The position numbers were made by a program, and so were the translations under genes. Shown here one piece after another: positions 19,719-28,385 of a stretch of DNA of 33,987 bases; the stretch's first letter is position 1, and every line of letters starts with the position of its first letter. Where the stretch lies: the IMG/VR virus record IMGVR_UViG_3300023178_000159, positions 1 through 33,987 of that record; one strand, 5' to 3'. The notes beneath the pieces were generated by a model. The model ran no database searches. It was not told where the DNA came from and was given only the letters and a program-made list of their open reading frames with translations. The stretch is from a virus. Its lineage: Duplodnaviria; Caudoviricetes.

Positions 19719-20054
19719 ATGGCACAAAACTTTAGACGTTACACATTAAACGCAGTAGGCACTGCGGCGGCAGATATACCAGACGGTGCTAACTTTGACA
19801 GTTACGATACCATTGTTGGCATCCATATTACTAATGTAACGACCAATGCTATTAATGTTGATTGCTATATTAACGATGGCACTAACAATATTTACTTGGT
19901 CAAAGGTGCGCCAATAGCCGCTGGCGGTGCATTACAAGTCCTGGACGGTGGTGCAAAGGTAGTGGTTCAGTCTGGTGACAGGTTGTGGGTACAGTCAGAT
20001 ACAGCATCATCTGCTGATGTATGGGTATCTGCTGTTGATGATATTAGCTCATAG
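19719..20054 (+). CDS. Small beta-rich tail-associated protein
   Basis: AGGAG SD; 111 aa; directly after the tail fibre. Confidence 0.75.
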   Translation: MAQNFRRYTLNAVGTAAADIPDGANFDSYDTIVGIHITNVTTNAINVDCYINDGTNNIYLVKGAPIAAGGALQVLDGGAKVVVQSGDRLWVQSDTASSADVWVSAVDDISS

Positions 20055-20061
20055 GTGAAGC

Positions 20062-20886
20062 ATGGGATATGTAGGCAACCAAACATCTAACAGCTATTCC
20101 TCAATGGACAAGCAGACCATCACTGGTGATGGCGGTGCGTCTTACACTCTGACCCATGCTGTAGCCAATGCCCAAGAGATTGAGGTGTTTGTAAACAATG
20201 TGCGTCAGGAAGCTGGCGTTGCATACACAGTGAATGGTACTGCACTTAACATGACAGGCAATGTAGCCAGCACAGATGACTTCTACGTTATCTATCAGGG
20301 CAAAGCATTGCAGACTGTAGTACCGCCTGATGGTTCTGTAAGTACAGGCAAGCTGGCTAATGGTGCGGTGACATCTGCGAAGTTGGCTGGATTGACCTCA
20401 TCTGATATGCCAACAGGGTGTGTACTGCAAGTTAAAAGCGCAACTAAAACAGACAAGCAATCAACAACAAGCGCAACACCTTCAGATATTACAGGGTTAA
20501 GTGTTTCTATTACGCCAACTAGCACATCAAGTAAAATACTTGTTCTGACTAATATTAACTTTGGTGGCGACCTTAATGTTTACGGTGCATTTGATATTCT
20601 TAGAGGTTCGTCAAAGATAACCGAAAGCACTTATCCCACAGGAAATCAAATAGCCGCGACTATTGCAGTCGGTGGTGATGATAATAATTTCAACTACAAA
20701 ATGATGACGGCTTCTCATAACTTTTTAGACAGCCCTGCAACTGCATCTGCTGTTACTTACAAAGTGCAGTTTTCGTCAACAGTAAATTCTACAGAACTTA
20801 CCATTAACGCACCACATGAAACTGATAACGCGGCTTATATTCTTGGCGGCACATCAACGATTACCGTTATGGAAATCGCAGGATAG
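20062..20886 (+). CDS. Tail fibre/RBP array gene A (N-domain X + C-domain Y)
   Basis: MGYVGN..VFVNNVRQ..AYTVNG domain, VTSAKL linker, GCVLQV...STITVMEIAG head. Confidence 0.75.
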   Translation: MGYVGNQTSNSYSSMDKQTITGDGGASYTLTHAVANAQEIEVFVNNVRQEAGVAYTVNGTALNMTGNVASTDDFYVIYQGKALQTVVPPDGSVSTGKLANGAVTSAKLAGLTSSDMPTGCVLQVKSATKTDKQSTTSATPSDITGLSVSITPTSTSSKILVLTNINFGGDLNVYGAFDILRGSSKITESTYPTGNQIAATIAVGGDDNNFNYKMMTASHNFLDSPATASAVTYKVQFSSTVNSTELTINAPHETDNAAYILGGTSTITVMEIAG

Positions 20887-20896
20887 GGAGACTCTA

Positions 20897-21469
20897 ATGG
20901 CATTATCTAAAATTGACCCTGTCTCTTCTATAGATTTAGCAGATACAGAATACTTCCACGTTGATTTAACAACGGCTCAAACTGGTTTAACAGATAATAA
21001 CAAAGAAACTGTAGATTTTGGCGGTAGTGGTACTGTTAAGTATGATACTAAATCAAACTTTGATTCCGCAAATGATGCGTATCTTCTTGATAGCAGTGAC
21101 GGTGTTTATTTAATTTCTTACAGCATTGGACTTCGTTGTGAAGATTTAGGTGCAGAATCTATAATTGATGCGGCAGCATATATAAGAATATCTGAAGATG
21201 GTACAAACTTTTCAGTCAAATATGGTGCTGGCGCACATCTTCAAGATAATTTATCTGACGAAATTGGCTCTATAACTTTAAGTGGTACTTTTATCTACAA
21301 AGCAACCACCGCTACAACAAAAATTCAATTACAAGGGTATGTTAATAACTCAGGAACTAGCACTGTTGATTGGGAAGTTGCTGAACACGCTGGAAGTTTA
21401 ACAGGCACTGCTCCTTCTGGCAGCACTAATGCACGTTGCACATTTCTTTCTATAGCGAGGATAGCATAA
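20897..21469 (+). CDS. Array gene B (MALSK leader + C1q/TNF-like head)
   Basis: GGGAG SD; YDTKSNFDSAN...DGVYLISY pattern. Confidence 0.7.
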   Translation: MALSKIDPVSSIDLADTEYFHVDLTTAQTGLTDNNKETVDFGGSGTVKYDTKSNFDSANDAYLLDSSDGVYLISYSIGLRCEDLGAESIIDAAAYIRISEDGTNFSVKYGAGAHLQDNLSDEIGSITLSGTFIYKATTATTKIQLQGYVNNSGTSTVDWEVAEHAGSLTGTAPSGSTNARCTFLSIARIA

Positions 21470-21939
21470 TGCCATACATAGGTATAGCCCCCTCTAGTGG
21501 GCAATTCAAAAAGCTAGACAGCATCACTGTAGTAAACGGTCAGGCCGCATACACAATGCAGTACAGCAGTGCAGACTTCAAACCAGCTACTGCTGAACAG
21601 CTTATTGTATCTGTAAACGGTGTTATCCAAGCCCCTGGCGATGCTTACACAGTGTCAGGCTCAACGATTACATTCTCAGAGAACCTAGTTACTGGCGATG
21701 TCATAGACTTCATTGTGGCTCTAGGCGAGGTGGGTAACACTGTAACGCCTGTAGATGGCTCAGTGGATATCAACAAGATGTCATCCAGCATTATGAAGGA
21801 TACCGGCATAAGAGTGAATGATACGGAACTGCCAAGTGGAACGAGTGTAACTATAGCGGCAGATGAGAACGCTATGGTTGCTGGGGCTTATACAATATCA
21901 GGGACGTTGACAATCAATGGCACGTTTACGGTGGTTTAG
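21469..21939 (+). CDS. Array gene C (N-domain X paralogue + short beta tail)
   Basis: TAATG coupling; MPYIG..VSVNGVIQAPGDAYTVSG; ends GTLTINGTFTVV. Confidence 0.75.
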   Translation: MPYIGIAPSSGQFKKLDSITVVNGQAAYTMQYSSADFKPATAEQLIVSVNGVIQAPGDAYTVSGSTITFSENLVTGDVIDFIVALGEVGNTVTPVDGSVDINKMSSSIMKDTGIRVNDTELPSGTSVTIAADENAMVAGAYTISGTLTINGTFTVV

Positions 21940-22482
21940 ATGAGTAAGATTTACGTTGATGAAATAGCACCTAAGACTGCTGGAAATAAAGTTATAATGC
22001 CTTCTGGTGGTATTATTCAAGTGCAGTACACACAGATTGATGCAACATCACAATGGACTTGTAACCAAAGTGTAGATAAGCAAATAAGCGTGTTAGCTGT
22101 AAACATTACGCCTACATCTACTAATAGCGTTATTAAGATTGAGGCTATGGTTAATGGTGAGTGGGGAAATACTAGTTCGCCTTATAATAGTGTGTGGTTT
22201 TTTTATAGAGATAGTACAAAATTAGCAAGCACTACTACTGGTGGTGATAAAAATGGTATTTTGATAGGTACAGCAATAACTTATAATGGGGCTGATGCAG
22301 ATAGCACTGGTGAGATTGCTAACTATATGTACTTTGATACTCCAAACACAACATCACAAGTAACATATACAGTTGGTGTGCATCAGAGTGCGGCTAGTAC
22401 TTATTGGAACTTAAATAGAACTGCAAACAATCTTGATGAACGTGGTATGTCTTTAATATGTGCTACAGAAATAGCAGGATAG
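21940..22482 (+). CDS. Array gene D (MSKIYVDEI leader + domain Y)
   Basis: GIIQVQYTQID...ATEIAG; close paralogue of gene G. Confidence 0.75.
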   Translation: MSKIYVDEIAPKTAGNKVIMPSGGIIQVQYTQIDATSQWTCNQSVDKQISVLAVNITPTSTNSVIKIEAMVNGEWGNTSSPYNSVWFFYRDSTKLASTTTGGDKNGILIGTAITYNGADADSTGEIANYMYFDTPNTTSQVTYTVGVHQSAASTYWNLNRTANNLDERGMSLICATEIAG

Positions 22483-22492
22483 GAGATAATCA

Positions 22493-23041
22493 ATGGCAAG
22501 TATATTAGGCGTTGAAACGCTCCAACACACAAACGGTACTACAGCCGCTACGATTGATAGTAGTGGTAATGTTACTTTTGAAAAGCCTACTTTTTCTGTA
22601 GCTTTACTTGCAGAAGAACAAGCAAATGGAACTAGTGGCGGTACATTTACTTCTGGTGCTTGGCAAACAAGAACATTAAATACAGAGAACGCTGATACAG
22701 ATGGAATAGTAAGTTTATCTGGAAATGTTTTTACATTAGGTGCTGGTACTTATTTAATTGAATGGTCTGCCCCAGCCTATCAAGTAGCTAATCATCAAAC
22801 CCGTTTATATGATAATACAAATTCTACTGTAATAAAATATGGAACTAATGAATATGCATCTGCATCGGCTGGTGTTACAAATCGTAGCTTTGGCGCAATG
22901 GAAGTAACGATTTCAACTTCTACTGGTTATAAAATTGAGCATAGGTGTAACACAACTTCTAGCACTTATGGACTTGGCACAAATTCAAGTTTTGGTAATG
23001 TTGAAGTTTTCACTCAAGTTAAAATAACGAAGCTGGCATAG
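22493..23041 (+). CDS. Array gene E (MASILGVETL leader + beta-sandwich head)
   Basis: AGGAG SD; GGTFTSGAWQTRTLNT...LGAGTYLI. Confidence 0.75.
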   Translation: MASILGVETLQHTNGTTAATIDSSGNVTFEKPTFSVALLAEEQANGTSGGTFTSGAWQTRTLNTENADTDGIVSLSGNVFTLGAGTYLIEWSAPAYQVANHQTRLYDNTNSTVIKYGTNEYASASAGVTNRSFGAMEVTISTSTGYKIEHRCNTTSSTYGLGTNSSFGNVEVFTQVKITKLA

Positions 23042-23050
23042 GAGAACAGG

Positions 23051-23551
23051 ATGACTTCAGTATTAAAAGTAGACAACATCCAGAACTCCTCTGGAACTAG
23101 TGCGATTAGCATTGATAGTAGTGGGCGTATTGTTACACCTCAAGTTCCTTATTTTTATTTTAGAGGATATGCTGGTCTTGCAACAAGCGCAATCGCAGGA
23201 ACAGATAAGCCAGTATATTTTGATGCAATTGAAGAAAGTCGTGGGGGTGGCTTAGACAACTCCTCAACGCTTGGTGCTAGTTATACAGTTCCTGTTGCTG
23301 GTGTATATTGCATTTGGGCAAATGTTGGGCTTACAAACACAGCAGATTATTTAGGTTTAGGATTATATCACGGAACTACCTTAAAACAAAAAGGTTGGTC
23401 AGGTAATGATTTAGCACATTATTCAAATCATGTTCAAGTTGTAATGAATTTAGCTCAAAACGATGTGATGAGATGCACGATTGATATAAGTTACAATGTT
23501 CCAGAGACATCCCCTCAATACATGAATTTTTGTGGTTACTTAATAGGATAG
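23051..23551 (+). CDS. Array gene F (MTSVLKVDNI leader + C1q-like head)
   Basis: YTVPVAGVY...LAQNDV...FCGYLIG C1q-type signature. Confidence 0.8.
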   Translation: MTSVLKVDNIQNSSGTSAISIDSSGRIVTPQVPYFYFRGYAGLATSAIAGTDKPVYFDAIEESRGGGLDNSSTLGASYTVPVAGVYCIWANVGLTNTADYLGLGLYHGTTLKQKGWSGNDLAHYSNHVQVVMNLAQNDVMRCTIDISYNVPETSPQYMNFCGYLIG

Positions 23552-23561
23552 GGAGACTGAC

Positions 23562-24116
23562 ATGGCTTTAACAAAACTAAACAATCAGTCTCTGTCTGCT
23601 GTTACTAGCGCAGGGTTGCCCAGCGGTACGGTGTTACAGGTTCAGCGCACACAGATTGATGCAACATCAGTAATTAGCTGTGCTTCAGGAACTGGGACAG
23701 AATTTAGCGTCTTATCTGTAAATATAACTCCTGTATCCACATCTAGCATTATTAAGATTGAAGCTATGATAAATGGGGAGTGGGCTGACGAAGCCGCTAC
23801 TTGGGATTCTGCTTGGTTTTTCTATAGAGATTCTACAAAGTTATCTGCTCCTGCCGCTGGTAATAGAAATGTAGGTATTCGTATGGGTAGTAGTCTTAGC
23901 TATACATCGACAGATAATAGTTCTACACCAGAATTAGCTATTTATAATTATTTTGATACGCCAAGTACAACTTCGCAGGTGACATACAAGGTTGGTGTTC
24001 AAAATAATCGTGGCACTGCTATAAATTACTACTTAAACAGATGTGTATCAGATACAGACGCGGTTGACATGGAGCGCGGTATTTCAATGATATGTGTAAC
24101 GGAGATTGCAGGGTGA
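23562..24116 (+). CDS. Array gene G (MALTK leader + domain Y)
   Basis: LPSGTVLQV...VTEIAG. Confidence 0.75.
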   Translation: MALTKLNNQSLSAVTSAGLPSGTVLQVQRTQIDATSVISCASGTGTEFSVLSVNITPVSTSSIIKIEAMINGEWADEAATWDSAWFFYRDSTKLSAPAAGNRNVGIRMGSSLSYTSTDNSSTPELAIYNYFDTPSTTSQVTYKVGVQNNRGTAINYYLNRCVSDTDAVDMERGISMICVTEIAG

Positions 24117-24259
24117 ACCAGAACGACATTGCATTAGCGGCTGGTGGTATTACTGCGCCTCTGTGGTTGCAAGCCCTGAATGATTGGCTAGGGCTTGTGG
24201 CTGTTAGCCTGACTATCGTTCTGCTTGCTATTAACATCTGGAAAAGCAGAAAGAAGTAA
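24113..24259 (+). CDS. 48-aa membrane protein, holin-like
   Basis: Own translation from GTG: MNQNDIALAAGGITAPLWLQALNDWLGLVAVSLTIVLLAINIWKSRKK; GTGA overlap; TM helix plus basic tail. Confidence 0.65.
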   Translation: MNQNDIALAAGGITAPLWLQALNDWLGLVAVSLTIVLLAINIWKSRKK

Positions 24260-24260
24260 A

Positions 24261-24455
24261 ATGTCAGATTTTCAAAAAAGATATAAAGGCACTAAAGCTA
24301 GGCAATCTACAACTGGATTCGCAGAGTTTGGTCAACAGATTTCTGGTTTTGCATCAAAAGTAGTAAAGAAGATGGGTAATCTTTTTGGGTCTACAACTGC
24401 AAAAGCTGAAGACAAAACTCGTTTCCCAAATATGCAAAAGTTAAATAAGAGATAG
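24261..24455 (+). CDS. Hypothetical basic protein
   Basis: MSDFQKRYKG...; fills the operon gap. Confidence 0.5.
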   Translation: MSDFQKRYKGTKARQSTTGFAEFGQQISGFASKVVKKMGNLFGSTTAKAEDKTRFPNMQKLNKR

Positions 24456-24458
24456 CAA

Positions 24459-24911
24459 ATGATAGACCCGGCCACCATAGCTTTGGCGGCTAGTGCATTT
24501 GCGGCAGTCAAGAAAGGTATAGCCTTTGGTAAAGACATTGAAGGAATGTACAAAGACGTGTCTCGCTGGATGTCAGCGTGTCATGACATTGAGACTAAGC
24601 ACAGTAAAGTCAAACGTAAGAAAGGCCAGTCTGTCGCTGAAGAAGCAATGGAAACTTGGGCGGCTGTTCGTAAGATTCGTCAACAACGAGAAGAGCTTAG
24701 GCTTTATATGCTTAGTATTAACCCTAATGCTTGGAATGACTTTGTTCGGCTAGAAGGGCAAATACGCAAGAAAAGAGCGGACGAAGCAGAGGCAAGGCGC
24801 AGACAGATAAAGAAAACATTTGAGATCATAATGATTGTTTTGCTTATGATTTTCATTGGTCTTGCATTTGGCGCATTGGTTTGGTGGGCTTTACATTTGA
24901 GGGATTTGTGA
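24459..24911 (+). CDS. Coiled-coil protein with C-terminal TM anchor
   Basis: Amphipathic N-helix, R/E-rich coil, TM IIMIVLLMIFIGLAFGALVWW. Confidence 0.7.
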   Translation: MIDPATIALAASAFAAVKKGIAFGKDIEGMYKDVSRWMSACHDIETKHSKVKRKKGQSVAEEAMETWAAVRKIRQQREELRLYMLSINPNAWNDFVRLEGQIRKKRADEAEARRRQIKKTFEIIMIVLLMIFIGLAFGALVWWALHLRDL

Positions 24912-25114
24912 TGGAACTTACAATGGAACGCTTTCTAGCATGGAAGATATTGCCACGCTTAATGATGTTTATAATGACTTTCATGTATATCAGAGTGATA
25001 GAGTGGGGAATGTCATTAGATGATTTAACCACACAACAAAGCGCAATGATTAGTGTAGTTAGCGGTGCTATGACAGGTGCGTTTGCTGTTTGGCTAGGAA
25101 GTGAAAAGAAATGA
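24911..25114 (+). CDS. Two-TM membrane protein (holin-like)
   Basis: TGATG coupling; two hydrophobic helices. Confidence 0.65.
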   Translation: MELTMERFLAWKILPRLMMFIMTFMYIRVIEWGMSLDDLTTQQSAMISVVSGAMTGAFAVWLGSEKK

Positions 25115-25455
25115 TACAGCTACTAGGCGTTGTAGGTAATCTTGCTCAGACATTTCTTGAAGGCAAGGTTGAGAAAGAAAAAGCCAAGTCAGAGATTATG
25201 AAGACTGCGGCACAGCATGATAGCAAGTGGGAACTTATCATGGCTGAGTCTACTAAATCGTCTTGGAAAGACGAAATAATCACAATAGTTGTACTAGCCC
25301 CATGTGTATTATCCTTTGTTCCTGGCATGGAGACTGTAGTGCAAGCTGGGTTTAAAAGGCTTAGTGAGTTACCAGACTGGTATCAGAACATATTATATGT
25401 GACGATACTTGCTGGTTTAGGCTTAAAAGGATTGGATAGATTTAAGCGGAGGTAG
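25111..25455 (+). CDS. Holin (3TM/GTA-holin-like)
   Basis: SSWKDE..TM..LPDWYQNILYVTILAGLGLK with a basic C-terminus. Confidence 0.65.
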   Translation: MIQLLGVVGNLAQTFLEGKVEKEKAKSEIMKTAAQHDSKWELIMAESTKSSWKDEIITIVVLAPCVLSFVPGMETVVQAGFKRLSELPDWYQNILYVTILAGLGLKGLDRFKRR

Positions 25456-25675
25456 GGTCATGCGGTACGGCATCTATTGCCTCATACCCTAACACCTTAT
25501 AGCCTTTTCTAGTTGTAGCCCATTTACTATTTTTGATAGCTCTAGCTAATCCTAAGTCAATGGCTGTTTCTTTATCTATAGCGGATACTTTGAGTTTTCT
25601 TTCTATGGTTATTTCCACATAAACATCAAAGTTTTGGCAATATCTGTATGGGTCTTGTGTTGTTGTATTAGTCAT
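25442..25675 (-). CDS. Hypothetical protein
   Basis: GGGAG SD; last gene of the leftward module; 14-nt convergent overlap with the holin. Confidence 0.6.
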   Translation of the reverse strand: MTNTTTQDPYRYCQNFDVYVEITIERKLKVSAIDKETAIDLGLARAIKNSKWATTRKGYKVLGYEAIDAVPHDPTSA

Positions 25676-25687
25676 AATAATCGCTCC

Positions 25688-26023
25688 CTATGATACAGCT
25701 ACACGCTCACCCCTGCCTTCAAGTATATCATCAATAAGAAATACCAGCATTCTACCGATAGATGCTTTGTCTTCGCTATCTCCATATCCCCATACAAGAT
25801 AGTTAGTACGACCTCTATCGTCTTCTGTGACAGTAACTGTTACCTTAACTTCTCCAAAATGTGTGTGTTCTACGTTTACAAACATACTGCGATATGAAGA
25901 GAATATCCCTGAGCCAGTGACCCAGAGACATCCCTCATATTGCTGAAACTCAGGTGAGAATATAACAGCTTTCTTAGCCAGTATGTTTTGCATGTCTCTA
26001 TCGGACAATACCTCATGTGTCAT
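25688..26023 (-). CDS. Hypothetical protein
   Basis: ORF track 25688-26071; start 26023 minimises the overlap with the upstream gene. Confidence 0.55.
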   Translation of the reverse strand: MTHEVLSDRDMQNILAKKAVIFSPEFQQYEGCLWVTGSGIFSSYRSMFVNVEHTHFGEVKVTVTVTEDDRGRTNYLVWGYGDSEDKASIGRMLVFLIDDILEGRGERVAVS

Positions 26024-26261
26024 TTCTATAAGCCTTAACTGGTAATTCTCTTGGTTCTGAATAGTTTTCATATCTCTTCTCGATATTCTGCCAGCCTATG
26101 TCGTAGTAACAAGACTCGCAGAATATATCCATTGCGGCTGTGACGGTATAACAATCTAATTCGTTGTTGACCATCTTGCCGCAATTACGACACCGAGAAA
26201 AGATATAAGTTATCGTATTACGTTCACGCTTCTGCGCTTGCCTTGAGAGACGCTTTGGCAT
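26013..26261 (-). CDS. Small zinc-finger protein
   Basis: CRNC...CESC; start inferred at MPKRLSRQ. Confidence 0.55.
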   Translation of the reverse strand: MPKRLSRQAQKRERNTITYIFSRCRNCGKMVNNELDCYTVTAAMDIFCESCYYDIGWQNIEKRYENYSEPRELPVKAYRNDT

Positions 26262-26805
26262 TTTTGAACTCATCCGTAATTTGTTGCTTGCTAGACTTTG
26301 ATAGCTTTCCAATAGAGGTTGCATGACTACGCCAAGCCTTGTCAATGTCTGCAATCGTGGTCGCTGCACGAAAGTCACGAATGATATCATCCGTATCATC
26401 GTCTAGGTCAAGCGGTAAGTCCTCACCAGCATACAGATTGAGGCCAAGGCCATGAAAGGCGATAGCTTTGACAAGACAACGCTGATGAGCTTTGTTGACT
26501 TCAAAGCCATCAGGATGAGGCACAGACTTGTTCCTGAAGTCTAGCACAGGCATGATTTCTGTGTGTGACAGACCTTGGATAGTGACAGTGACAGCAACGT
26601 ATGTATGACCCTTAGTGTCACGCATAAACGGTAGCGGATTGTCTTGATTGTCACGGAAGATGTGCTTTTCGAAGTTGGACTCTGGATACTTCTCTTTGAC
26701 ATAAGCCCATGCCCATGCCCATGAAAGATAGTCAAAGTTGTTTTTCTTATCGACTTGAGCCGATACGTCAAACTTAGATAGGATTGACCACGGTGAATCA
26801 GTCAT
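26224..26805 (-). CDS. Sak/Rad52-like single-strand annealing protein (DUF1071)
   Basis: KKNNFDYLSWAWAW...PVLDFRNK...NKAHQRCLVKAIAFHGLGLNLYAGEDLP; GAGGAG SD before 26805. Confidence 0.9.
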   Translation of the reverse strand: MTDSPWSILSKFDVSAQVDKKNNFDYLSWAWAWAYVKEKYPESNFEKHIFRDNQDNPLPFMRDTKGHTYVAVTVTIQGLSHTEIMPVLDFRNKSVPHPDGFEVNKAHQRCLVKAIAFHGLGLNLYAGEDLPLDLDDDTDDIIRDFRAATTIADIDKAWRSHATSIGKLSKSSKQQITDEFKNAKASLKASAEA

Positions 26806-27019
26806 TGTGAATCTCCTCATCAAATACTGCGTGAAACTCTGCCCATGCATCGTCTAAATTAACAATTGCATCGTAGCTTGGGTGTCTAACTTGTCGGTAT
26901 GCTATAGACATAGCAAACATAGCTTCGTTAGCACGTTTAATTGCTCCGATTTGTTCCTCTGTTAATGCATATACAGTTTTTACTTGTGGCTTTACTTTCT
27001 TTGGTCTGCCTCTAGGCAT
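26798..27019 (-). CDS. Hypothetical protein with N-terminal AT-hook
   Basis: MPRGRPKK; AAGGAGG SD. Confidence 0.6.
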   Translation of the reverse strand: MPRGRPKKVKPQVKTVYALTEEQIGAIKRANEAMFAMSIAYRQVRHPSYDAIVNLDDAWAEFHAVFDEEIHND

Positions 27020-27875
27020 CTTTGTCCTCCTTAGGTGCAATGTGAGTACAGGTTAGTGTGCCACTGCGAGAACGTGTAACACGAATCTTGTGGCCTTTAA
27101 GATTACCGCCAATGTCATAGTCCATTCTACGACACTTAGCTGGCATTCTATCCTTAAACATAGTTTTGGCTTCATCGCTGAGGCTAACAGCTTGCTTCGC
27201 ATCAATGATGTGTTGTGACTGGAATCCAAACAGATGGTCATCTTCATCAGACCAGTTAGGTAAGTCACGCATATCCATTGTAAACATATCAGAGTAATCT
27301 ACAGGTGGCAGAGCCTCTGGAAGAGCGTGTGTGTCGTGCTTGTACATTTGCCAGAACATACGGCATTGGTTCATGTACTGTTCGCACCAACTGTCATCCT
27401 TCTTAATCATACGCCATTCTAAGCGGCATCTAACACCAAATAGGGCAACGAGGTAACAACGGTTGCTACCAGCCACAAGCATGTGGTGCTGACATTGTGG
27501 CGCGTATAGTTCACATAGTTCGTCCATGTCCTTAAACCCAAAATGAGTTTTAATTTCCAATGGAGCAGAATCCCCAGCAACACGACCATCAAAGGTAGAA
27601 TGCATAGGGATATCGTCAATAAGAATAGTTTTTCCACCGCCACGAAAGTCTACCTTTCTTTTTTCTAGTGCTGACCATTGGTCAATAATGAATGACTCCA
27701 TGTGTGAGCCAGCGTCTAACATCAACTGTGTTTGTTTGTTGGGCTTCCAAACCTCTTCACCCAGCTTTTGTCTGATGAGAGTTACCCATTGTGCAATGTC
27801 ACCTGAGGCGATAACCTTTGCGTCTGATGAGCCGATATAGGTGGCTCGTTCCTTGATTTGTGCTTCAGTAAGCAT
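27012..27875 (-). CDS. YqaJ/lambda-exonuclease-like recombination nuclease
   Basis: RATYIGSSDA, GSHME, STFDG, LEIKT, YAPQCQHHM motifs. Confidence 0.9.
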   Translation of the reverse strand: MLTEAQIKERATYIGSSDAKVIASGDIAQWVTLIRQKLGEEVWKPNKQTQLMLDAGSHMESFIIDQWSALEKRKVDFRGGGKTILIDDIPMHSTFDGRVAGDSAPLEIKTHFGFKDMDELCELYAPQCQHHMLVAGSNRCYLVALFGVRCRLEWRMIKKDDSWCEQYMNQCRMFWQMYKHDTHALPEALPPVDYSDMFTMDMRDLPNWSDEDDHLFGFQSQHIIDAKQAVSLSDEAKTMFKDRMPAKCRRMDYDIGGNLKGHKIRVTRSRSGTLTCTHIAPKEDKDA

Positions 27876-28091
27876 TTAGTTCTCCTTGTAATCGGCCAGC
27901 TTGTATAAGTCAGGCCCGCATTCATCGGCTTGTGCATCCGCCCATGCATCTTCTACAGCATCACGGAAGCGGTATTGGTCAAAGTTTCTGCCAGCAATCT
28001 CCTTTACTTTTTTTATAAATAATTCTTTGTTTGTAGTGATAGGTGCAATCTCAGTGGCAAGCCACCGATAGTGTTTTCGAGTCATGCCCAT
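27876..28091 (-). CDS. Hypothetical protein
   Basis: AAGGAGG SD; MTRKHY...RNFDQYRFRDA. Confidence 0.65.
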   Translation of the reverse strand: MGMTRKHYRWLATEIAPITTNKELFIKKVKEIAGRNFDQYRFRDAVEDAWADAQADECGPDLYKLADYKEN

Positions 28092-28110
28092 GTTGTCCTC
28101 CTTGCATAAC

Positions 28111-28142
28111 AATTCACATTAGCATATATTTGGCTTATGTGA
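28111..28142. promoter_or_regulatory. Divergent promoter/operator region
   Basis: 63-bp gap between divergent genes; AATTCACATTA-N7-TTTGGCTTATGTGA. Confidence 0.45.
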
Positions 28143-28154
28143 TAGGTGAAGTGA

Positions 28155-28385
28155 ATGAGTGAAACAGCTTTTACCTCTAATTTAATCAAGCAATTTCAAA
28201 GACGTAGGTACGAATTAGGACTTACGCAACCTGAAGTTGACCAGAGGCTTGGCGTTGCGTCAGGCCTTTGTGCTAAGTGGGAAATTGGTAATAGGAAGCC
28301 AACACTGTTTAATGCATATTGTTGGGCTGAAGCCTTAGACCTTGAGATTAAGTTGGAGATTAAAGATGATAGTGTGTGGGATTGA
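28155..28385 (+). CDS. XRE/Cro-family HTH regulator
   Basis: RRYELGLTQPEVDQRLGVASGLCAKWEIGNRKP. Confidence 0.88.
   Translation: MSETAFTSNLIKQFQRRRYELGLTQPEVDQRLGVASGLCAKWEIGNRKPTLFNAYCWAEALDLEIKLEIKDDSVWD

Noticed and set aside
20062-24116. Diversity-generating retroelement or invertase shufflon
   Set aside because: No reverse transcriptase or recombinase gene is visible. D/G differences are not adenine-specific, and all cassettes are co-oriented.
17-24553. Many minus-strand ORFs of 60-111 aa opposite the structural genes
   Set aside because: Antisense shadows of well-supported genes; no SD or recognisable motifs.
28155-28385. CI repressor indicating an integrating prophage
   Set aside because: HTH only, with no S24 peptidase domain; no integrase, att site or host genes in the window.
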